A DNA stretch of 56,957 nucleotides, counting the filler, from Sphacelaria rigidula (taxonomy: Eukaryota): NCBI GenBank assembly GCA_964200075.2. It is 5 parts of 5 records of this genome, joined end to end, with 100 filler letters (N's around TTAATTAATTAA, not from the genome) between each part and the next. Parts side by side here need not be neighbours in the genome. Positions count along the whole stretch, not along the records: positions 11,414 to 22,725 come from CAXNAA020005081.1; 4 more parts are not named here. One strand, written 5' to 3'. Below are positions 13,474 through 22,825 of this stretch, in pieces (the stretch's first letter is position 1; each line of letters starts with the position of its first letter). The notes under the pieces were generated by a model, which did not search any database, was not told the origin of the DNA, and saw only the letters and a program-made list of their open reading frames with translations. A program made the position numbers and the translations under genes.

Positions 13474-13963
13474 CTGGTTGTTGACGTGTTGGCGGTAGTT
13501 TACATCGATACCTCCATTTTGACTGGCGTAGTTGTACACGGCAACCCTTTTACGGCCGTCATCATAACCGCATCCTCCGCCAACACCACCTCCACGGTAC
13601 GCGTTCTCGTGCCTCCTGTTGTACAGGCCCGCATGTTTGTATTGGTTGCCAGTCTTCCTCTGCTTCATCTGCTGCCGCGGCTGTTGCATCTTCTCATGAG
13701 CAATGCTGTGCGTGGAGGGGGCTGGGGAAACAGCCGCTGAGGCTACAACCAACACTGCGTCCTGAACAGTGGGACTGCCCCCCGAAGTAAGCGGGGGAAT
13801 TCCCACAGGCACCCCGGAAGGCGGAACAGCAGACACAGATGTGGGGCTGGCAACGGGGTCCGCGGTAGGCACGGCCTTCCAGTCAGGGTCATCCTCGATA
13901 GAAGGCGTGCGGATGAAGCGCACGTAGTTCCTCCGGAACTCCATGTAGTCCGGCGCTTGCCAC
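13474..13963 (-). CDS. Exon 2 of the 428-aa RVxF-motif protein
   Basis: ctgac branch point, pyrimidine tract and ggtcag|G TGG CAA acceptor (phase 2); reads WQAPDYMEFRRNYVRF...VNNQ; donor CAG|gtgcga (phase 0). Confidence 0.75.
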
Positions 13964-15290
13964 CTGACCGAGTCAAGTAGATGGGCCAGAGGATGGGACG
14001 GGTCAGTCGGTGGTGTCATTCGTGGGAAATGAAGGGGGAAAGTGAGCTGGTTACATTTGAATAAGTGGAGAAGCTCTTCTTTTCTTCAGACAAGGTCCAG
14101 TTACGAAACATCAGGGGCGTCGCAAGTCCATGATACGTCACGTACTCAGATTGAAAAACAACGGTTTGCGAGTACCTGAATCAGCAGCTCAAGCTTTCCC
14201 AGATCATCGCTGCACATTTTCACTGACTACACAATGCAACACTTCTCGTTCAGTTTGGGAGAGGACCGTGTCGATCTCCCAAACTCATCGTGATCCGGTT
14301 GTGGGATACTGACTGATTCCACCACAAACATATCGTGTGAACGTCGATTTCAATCGTTCATCATTTTAGCCCGTGGCCGACGAAGGTGTAACCAAATCAT
14401 TCTACCCGATTCACCCCGACTGAAAAGTGCACATCTTGATGTTTTCGCTACTCGCGACTAACGTGTGTACCGGCTTGTAGTAACGACTGGGGGTACGAAG
14501 TCGGGTGGAGGCATCGACGGACTATTTGTTTCGCAATGCAGTCGACGTGCCAACTGCCATCACCGGGCGATACAACATCAACTAGTCGGGATGACGGACG
14601 GAGACTCGAGCATCGAGGTACATCCGACACCGCATCACTTCACAGCTCACGTTCGAGGCATGAAGGAGAATTTTCATGTGATGTGAGAGACAGTTGCGAG
14701 TCCGGGTGCTGGATCATTCATTCTCGACAACAAAACTGCAGACACAGGTCTATTTGTTGGTCTCGACAAACTTCCATACGATTTTGAGAAGAGCCAAAAA
14801 TGGAGGTTTGGCACGATGATTATCATATCATCAGGCAAACCTCTTCTCAGTACGGGAAAAACTCAAGGACGCGCAATTGCTGCCGTGTGTATTTATTCCA
14901 TGCTCGTAGTAGATGGACTGCTCCACTCACATTCACTCGACACTCAACCAGAGGCCGAACAACCCCCGTGCAAGTACACACTCTGTGTGCGGCAAAAGCG
15001 TTCCACTGCGTTAACGGCCAGACTCAACGATAAAACGTGAAGCGGCAAATATCTGCACAGGCCCGAGAGTTCAAAAATGATTATATTATGTATGCTGTGG
15101 ATTCACGACAACAGCAGCTGTTGTTCTGGATTTTGGTGATCGTGTGACACACCACAAGACCTACACAATGGATGAAAACCGCGCATTAAAATGGCAACAC
15201 CCCGATCACGCTTCGGAACCGGCGGAGACGGCTAATCGAACGAGTACAAGATAACTGATCCTCAGTGATACGAGGGCGCTGATAGCTCAC

Positions 15291-15622
15291 CATATGTCGT
15301 GCTTCGCCTGTGCATCGATGTCGCTAATGGAGGGAATGAGCACGGCCTCCACAATGGTCGAAAATGAAACTTTCTCCCCGACTCGCACGAGGGAGTTGCC
15401 TCGAACAATGGAGTTGTTGACGATGCTCCTGTTGTCGGTGTCTTGAGGCGAGTCCTCAGAGACACTCCCGTTTTGTACACTGTTATCGACATCGCCTTCT
15501 CGGCTAAGTTGCTTCTGCTGCTGTTGCTGCTGTTGTTGCTGATGTTGTCGACGACAATCAAAGCGATGCACATGCAAAGGTGCGTGAAGAGGGAGAAGGT
15601 GAGGGACACCAGTTGAGTGCAT
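15291..15622 (-). CDS. Exon 1 of a 428-aa protein with polyQ and a PP1-binding-like KVSF motif
   Basis: ATG at 15622; ...KVSFSTIVEAVLIPSISDIDAQAKHDI-TG|gtgagc donor (phase 2); exons total 332+490+465=1287 nt and stay open. Confidence 0.75.
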
Positions 15623-17775
15623 TGCGCCGCGGTACGAATACTTTACTTGCTTGTTACGTATTGAGACGGGAATTCAAAAGTTCGAACAGTGAGAGAACCA
15701 CTGCGAAGGCACGAAGAGTTCACAAGTTAAAATAACCAACACAGATTACCGAACCTGCATCACACACGACAGCAATCGCGCTCGTCGGCGGTGCTGACGG
15801 ATGCAGGCGAAGAAGCGTTCACAACAGCGCAGGGAGATCAGACAGTTGAAACTGTTTCGACTGTGAAAACCAGCGCCATGTTTCCTAGCGCGCTGGGAGC
15901 AGGCAGCTATGCATAGTTACTCCAACATATCCGACTGCACAAGTTACCTTGAACTGGACGTCGGCAACAGGTTGGAACCCCATCTTGCAAAGCACCAAAC
16001 CTCAACTCTCGTGTTGACGCAATACGGGACTTCAAGCAACTACACAACGCCTGAAAAAAGACTGCGGCGTTGTCCCGATCGACTTGGCTGTCGGGGGGCA
16101 ACCTACTTAGCTGTACGACCGTCCGTGCGGAGCTCGCAGATGCGCCCGACAAAGTCAAGGCGCAGGCCAGCACCAGAGATTGGGCTTACCGATCACAGGG
16201 GTTCCCGATCATTTTTCAAAACGACTGAAACCCAGGGAAAGATTGCAGATATATCATCGTTCATCCGGGGCACAGCTGTTTCAAGCGAGTGCTCGCGGCA
16301 GTCACAGCATCACAATGCGCGCAAGCCCGGGGCTCCCCAAATCCAATCTTACACCGACACACTTACCGACTCAGTGGCTGTCGTATCTGCGATTCCTTCG
16401 CATGGTAGCTGGTGGGCGTCAGAAGGAGATCGCATACGGTCTACTGTGTATGACTGGGTTGTTTTGATGTGAAGAAATGTAATTGTGTTCAGGGAGGGCG
16501 GGGGGTACTGAAACGAGTTACGAGACCGGGACCGGTACGGCGACCAGGGGGAGGGGGCTGGTGCGCATATATATGTACATTAATTTCTGAATTTCTGCGC
16601 AGACAAACTTTGTTGTTGCGCTGCCAGCTATATAAACTTGTAGTCATTTTTCCGTTTGTGGCCTCCACTTTATAAATCCATCCCATCTTCAGTAAGTACT
16701 TGAATTTCAGTTCACACCCTTTCCACGTTTCCCTTGATGAAACACGCATACAACTATTTGTTATACTGTTACATTCCTTGCGTCACGAAAAAACAACAGG
16801 AAAAAATACAAAATCTTTCCTCTTGGAGGTGCATGCACACAAAATATATATATATTGAGAACAGTGGGATTAACGAGGGCAGGCGAGAGAGGGGTAAAGA
16901 AGGAGACAGAAGAGGAAACCACACCGCGAACGCAGCCCGGGCCAGACACGATGGAATTAGGCATGACAAGTGAGAATATGTGTGGTGCTACACGATGTTT
17001 GCAGCGGTGCTTACCTCGTCATCACCGTCGCACAGGCGAGCACCGTCAGACCGCCATCCTGTAGCTGGGAGACCGCACTCTCCCCTACGAATACTCTCGC
17101 CCATCCCAAGACAGTCAGACACCGCCGGAAAATCAACTTGTTTTACACTGCGCTTGCCGTCATGGCATGCAGAATAGGGACGTTCGCGCTCCGGAAGGGA
17201 GTTGACCTGGAAGCTGTCCATAGATTTTGTAGTTGATAAGTGTAGATGTGCTGTTTCGTATATTTCCGGGGGCGTTGGTTTGTCCTGTCGCGTGGAATGT
17301 ACTAGGCCTCGGTCTGTCGGTGCGGCTGATTTGTTGTAAGAGCGGGTGCGGAATGTGGGTGTCGGTGTGCCGGCATGCATATATGATGAAATGCTTTGGG
17401 CTGAAAACAAATAAAAAATTGTATTCTACAGATATTTCTGGAAGAGCCAAAATATTTTAGATATAAAAACTCAGATTAATCGGAACGTTCTTGAGACGAA
17501 TCATCAAGCAGAACCAGAACCCCTATCCCCGTACGCCGAAATAACGCCTGTTCGGCACCCAGCCAACTTGTTGCCTCTTCTGCGAGGATTTGGGGAAGAA
17601 AAAGATTCGGACACATGACCAGCGGGTAGATATCCTTCCGCGCTGTGCCAACTTAGCAGCTAGGATTCTAGCGAAGGATACCAAGTTGTATCGAATACAG
17701 CAAGGGACAGCTTCTGGAGGAGTAAGTACATAGGGTTTGTAGACTCACGTGTGTGAGACACAAAAGAACCGGACG

Positions 17776-17891
17776 ATGCCACCTACCCCGTCACCCGCAG
17801 AACCCAACAATAGCAAGCCCGACGAGTGCGTGAAGGTTGTTGTGCGAATTCGACCGCTTAGCCGGAAGGAGCTGCAAGATGGCCACAAAGC
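17776..17891 (+). CDS. KIF3: Kinesin-2 (KIF3/FLA10-like) motor subunit, exon 1
   Basis: MPPTPSPAEPNNSKPDECVKVVVRIRPLSRKE; donor GC|gtgagt (phase 2). Symbol is family-level only. Confidence 0.9.
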
Positions 17892-18446
17892 GTGAGTACC
17901 ACACGCATAATATGTAGATACATACATGGGTGCAGTGGATGTCTCGTGTCGGGGGGAAGTGCAGAATTGGGACATGTAATGCTATTTGTCTCCTGAAATA
18001 CAATATTGTACGATATACGATATAGCATCGCAGGACTATCCGTGGTGCAGTAGGCGGGAAATTAAGAAGGGTTGTTACAGATCTGATCGGCACGAAGACG
18101 GTCTCGTAGTATGTACAAACATGAGAGATTGGACCTGGTGCTTCGTAGCGCCCGCCGCGGGTGTTACGCGTTGCTTGCGGTGACGGCAACATCATTCCCG
18201 ACAGCAATAAACCCATCAACCAACTCTCCCCGACTGGATCAAGCCCATCACTCGGTTCGCCTCAGTTTCTCACTGCTCATTCACGTTGGGGGTTATGTGT
18301 GCCATGTGTATGAGCACCACACAGAACATGCCTTTTTCCCTTCCGTATCTCAGTTTCATGTTTTTTCTTGTCCCGGCATAACCCTGATCCTGACCCCCGT
18401 CGGACTCAACTTGCCTTCACATCGGATATTCAATTATCCCATACAG

Positions 18447-18648
18447 GATTGCCGAGGCTAAGGAGGATCGCGGAGAGATCATCGTGCGTAACCCTCGCGC
18501 CGACGCACGCGAGCCTCCAAAGAGTTTTTTCTTTGATGCTGTTTTCGGAGATCGCTCAGCGCAGGAGCGCGTCTACGAGGTTTGCGGAGCGCCCCTGGTC
18601 GAGTCCGTTCTCCAGGGGTACAACGGGACCATCTTCGCCTACGGTCAG
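18447..18648 (+). CDS. KIF3: Kinesin-2 exon 2
   Basis: atacag| acceptor; [12 protein letters not shown]...[11 protein letters not shown]; non-canonical donor CAG|gcaagg. Confidence 0.92.
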
Positions 18649-19195
18649 GCAAGGAGTTGTTTGAGATCATGTCTGGTGTACTCCACACAATCAGTCCTCT
18701 CCCATCAGGTTTGGGTTCATAACCACTGCCAGTTGATTCTGTAACGATAACCGGGCAGTCTTAGTCTTCGATGCAGCAGAGACAAACTAAATTGTGATCG
18801 TCAGTCATGGCAGTCCTTGACATCGAACCGGATCGAGAAAGTAGCTGCTCATGTGCCAGTCAAGGCGACCTTGGATACTAGAGCACGGCAAACGAGGACA
18901 ATACCAGGTGACAACGATGGGCTCGAATTCAAATATATTGACAAAAATAAGTCTGCTTACCCCGCGCATCTCAAGAATGATCCTCGTCATGCTGAAGAAA
19001 TGGAGGTGCTCGTAATGCACACGAATTATGGTGTTTGGGTGTTGACAGTCAGTATATCAATGATTTCCGGGCACTTGCTGCATACGATCTCATTGCGCTA
19101 TATGATGCACTACGAAGTATTATATACTGCCAAATCAGCGCGATCACGAACACGGTTTCGTTGCATGATTCCCCTTCCTCCATTGTTGTCACCAG

Positions 19196-19276
19196 ACCGG
19201 TGCCGGAAAGACTCATACAATGGAGGGATACCCAGATCCGCCGGAGCTCAGAGGAATTATTCCCAAGTCTTTCGAG
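19196..19276 (+). CDS. KIF3: Kinesin-2 exon 3 (P-loop)
   Basis: accag|[27 protein letters not shown]|gttcgt; completes GQTGAGKT. Confidence 0.93.
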
Positions 19277-20602
19277 GTTCGTGCTGTTGCCGTGCCGAGT
19301 CCTGTCGTCGCTCAGCATTTTTTGTCTTTGTGACAGTACAGTTACATGAGTCGACGCTCAGCTGACTAGCGCCGACTGCTTCTGTCTATGATCGATGATC
19401 GATGTCTACATCCGAGTTATTTAGACGATGAAACGGTTGTCGTTCCGCCTCGCAAACACAACACACTACGTTGGTGTACTCGGCGAGCTTGCTACAGGCT
19501 CATTGCATTCATCATGTCCATGCGTATATATATATATATATAGACACACACACCGACCGGGCAGACCGAGGGTGCCCCCCCGTAAAGTTTTTAAAAGACA
19601 CCGTACCTGCAGCACGTACTCGCGAAGGGAGTATCGTATCGTGGGGACCTCATGCGCCCCCTACGGTTAGGGTCGTTATCCACAGTACAATGCACATGTC
19701 GATAAATTCGTATACTACAACAGTTTACTCGTACTGTACAATACCCACGTGGAGGTGGTTTAAAATTGTGATACTACTGTACATTATATTCAGGTAAATT
19801 AGGGTTCACCATACTTGATCGAAATTATTATGTGTCCTTTATACTTGGGGTAACTACCTTGATGCATATGATCAATGAATGCCGCGTATGCCAGCATATG
19901 CCATATATATGCCGTCTAAAGTCGGTGTGTTGTCGCTGTTGTAAAAGGTTGATCATACGAGTAGACTATGTTGTGATGATGAGTGGTTTCTCTCCATTAA
20001 ATAGTTAGTTCGTCTAAACTAGAATCAAGTTTTGCTGATGATATCGAGGCTTCAGGGGGAGCGAAACGGTTATGTTTTTGGGTGCATCTTTACTATTATA
20101 GCACTTTGCTCCTGAGTACAGTACACCTGTTTGTAGTGGGATTCTACAGTCAGTAGAGTATTTGCATGGTATCGGAAGGCAAAAATAATTTTACAAGTGT
20201 AGCACGCTTGGGCAGGCGGACTGGCTCTCAACTTCATAAGGGATGCAGCAAGTCGTGTTGTATCCTAGTGCGACGTTGGTAAGTGTCTTGGTTGCCTGCT
20301 ACCATTGAACTAGTCACGCCTGCTATTATTATCAAGGAAGGAAAGCAGAGGGGCCACCGTATGTGTGTAGATATGCCCTACGAGTAGGAGAAACAACTCA
20401 CTGAGAGACCGGAAATACTGTATTTTTTCTTCAACTTTTTCTATCCGAAATTAAAAAAAAAAAAACTCCGAGGGGCGAGGGTTGGGGGGAGTGCATGGTA
20501 TCCGAGATTCCAATCTACGAGCACCTTCGGAAAGACAACACCTACATGTTGCTTTTCGTTTCCTCTCTTTATTTTTTCTCTCTTTCTTTCTTTTTCCTCC
20601 AT

Positions 20603-20920
20603 GTTGTCTTTCCCTTGCTCAAAAAAAGAAATCAACCATCCAACCATCCATCCTCAAACAATCTTTTATTTAAATAAATTAATAATTATATTATTTTTAT
20701 TTATTATACATATTATTTTCCTTAATATATACTATATGTTTATTGTCTGCCCCTCTGTCCAAAAAATACAATCCAACCATCCATCCTCAATCAACCTTCA
20801 ATTGATTAATGGTTTAATTATATTAAATTTGTTGGGGTTCAATGTCTTCCCCTCTGTCCAAAAAATACAATCCAACAGTCCATCCATCCGTCCTGAATCA
20901 ACCTTTGATTAATTAATTTA
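20603..20920 (+). repeat. Three tandem diverged copies of the ~90-bp CCAT repeat in kinesin intron 3
   Basis: Each has tgtct.ccc.t...aaaaa..aatc.aacc..ccatcct.aa then an AT-rich tail; matches 1066-1160. Confidence 0.75.
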
Positions 20921-21052
20921 TTTATTATATTAAATATTTCCTGTTATTTTTTCTGTATCCTGCATGACCGAAGGTATTTGAAGGTGAGAATGCCCTCCCC
21001 TCCCCCCCCCCCCCCCCCTCCGCCCTTTCCGCCCTCTTCCCCCCCCCAAACA

Positions 21053-21154
21053 CACACCTTTTATAAAAAATACCCTGCGGGAAAATTTCAATACCTCGTG
21101 AGGGCTAGCTACCTCGAGATTTACAACGAAGAGATACGTGATCTACTCTCAAAG
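21053..21154 (+). CDS. KIF3: Kinesin-2 exon 4 (5' boundary uncertain)
   Basis: QYLVRASYLEIYNEEIRDLLSK|gtggag; no AG acceptor visible and the first ~12 codons look corrupted after a poly-C tract. Confidence 0.8.
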
Positions 21155-21765
21155 GTGGAGCTATCGTTGTTCAGGGCTTACTCGACGGAAAATAAGACAA
21201 ACAAGTCGCCTCCATCTCGAGTCACACTACCTCGGCTTTTGGCATTTTTGCATCCATGCGTTCCGAACGTTGTTGCGTAGTCAGGCGCCTCGTGGCATCA
21301 TTTCCGGACAACTTTCCCAGACCCGGAAGAACCCGCGATAAGGTACAGCGTGTAGTGTTTTTTTTTGTGTGTGTTTTCCTTGTGGTTCTTGCCGAATCTC
21401 TTCATGGCACATTGTGAATCGTGGATGCCCCTTCCCTCTGATCTGTGCATTCTGCTCGTGCAAGATTCGGCAAAGATTGGTACTTGTTGCACCGGCGGGA
21501 CGAGGGTGGTTTACGCGCGTATCTTTGGTCGGACCAACACCGCTGCGTAGAATGCGATGGTTGTTCCTGGGTGACTTCTTCCTACGATCCTTGATCTGCA
21601 CGCTGCATGCACCATCTTCACCCTTGGCGTGTATGATTCCAGGCACGATCTGGAGAACATAACCGGGTGTGTGCTGTTCCCCGAGAGTCACGTCGTGACT
21701 GACCGCTCACCCTCGCCGCCGTCTCGATTGAAACGCAATCAACCGAACGTTTGGATACGATGCAG

Positions 21766-21876
21766 GATCCGAAGGACAAGCTTGAGCTCAAGGAGAACGT
21801 TGACAGCGGCGTGTACGTCAAAGACCTCACCACGTTCGTGGTTAAGAGTGCTATGGAGATAGATCACGTCATGCAG
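21766..21876 (+). CDS. KIF3: Kinesin-2 exon 5
   Basis: tgcag|[37 protein letters not shown]|gcaaga (GC donor). Confidence 0.92.
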
Positions 21877-22125
21877 GCAAGAAGCGTTTCACCTGATAGG
21901 TTGATCCCGTCCACTACTCTACGTCCCCCTCACCGGTCAAGAGAAGGCAAAAGGACCGCCACGGCGAGCAGAATGACGGTCCCGCTTTTGGAACTGACAC
22001 GTTCGATGCGCGCTTATGTCTTCCGTGTTTTTCATCTCGAATTAGTCACCGCCCTCAGCGATGTCGACAAAAGCTTGGTCTTCCGTTGCGCTCACTTCGA
22101 TGCTCACCACCCCCCTTCGCGACAG

Positions 22126-22319
22126 GCCGGCAAAAAAAATCGCTCAGTGGGGTCGACCATGATGAATCTCACGTCCTCGAGGAGTCACTCCATCTTCTGT
22201 ATCGTGGTGGAATGTAGTCAGAGCGACGACAGGGGAGATCACATCCGCGTGGGCAAGCTGAACCTGGTAGATCTGGCGGGTTCGGAGCGACAGAGCAAGA
22301 CTGGGGCGACGGGGGATAG
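22126..22319 (+). CDS. KIF3: Kinesin-2 exon 6 (switch I and II); last exon found
   Basis: gacag|[24 protein letters not shown]...[28 protein letters not shown]|gtatgc; [23 protein letters not shown] is typical of kinesin-2. Confidence 0.95.
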
Positions 22320-22725
22320 GTATGCTTCTTGTCCTCTGGAACTCACGTATTGGTGAGCGTGGCATTCGTCTCCGCAGCCGTTCGTCACTGTCCTACTACG
22401 TGACGTTGTTGGTAGACGGGGTCGCGCTAGCTACGCATAGCGCGACGAGATGTTGTGGGCAATCCGCTTAGCTGACACTGCTCTATGGTACTCCTTCGCA
22501 TACACCAGTAGCCCCCAAAGACGGCAATCAGCGTAGAACAAGTAACGCTTACTATCGTAGTCGAAATGCGATCACTCACAGAAAACACCATCTACTAAAA
22601 GTGAGCTACCCCCAGTTCAGCACGACAGCGTTCGGCGGCGGCCCCCCGCCGCCGCCGAAGTGGCGATACCACAAAATAAAGCAACTCATTGTAGGCTATC
22701 ATCCGAATGCAAGATAATCAGTACG

Positions 22726-22825
22726 NNNNNNNNNNNNNNNNNNNNNNNNNNNNNNNNNNNNNNNNNNNNTTAATTAATTAANNNNNNNNNNNNNNNNNNN
22801 NNNNNNNNNNNNNNNNNNNNNNNNN
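22726..22825. other. Artificial contig linker
   Basis: N44-TTAATTAATTAA-N44. Confidence 0.97.

Noticed and set aside
13964..14019. ATG at 14019 as the gene start
   Set aside because: This stretch has branch point, pyrimidine tract and CAG, and an upstream exon fits in phase to complete the conserved-looking motif
19548..19930. MITE defined by ACACACCGAC/GTCGGTGTGT
   Set aside because: Only 10 bp, partly simple sequence, no TSD and no second copy in the window
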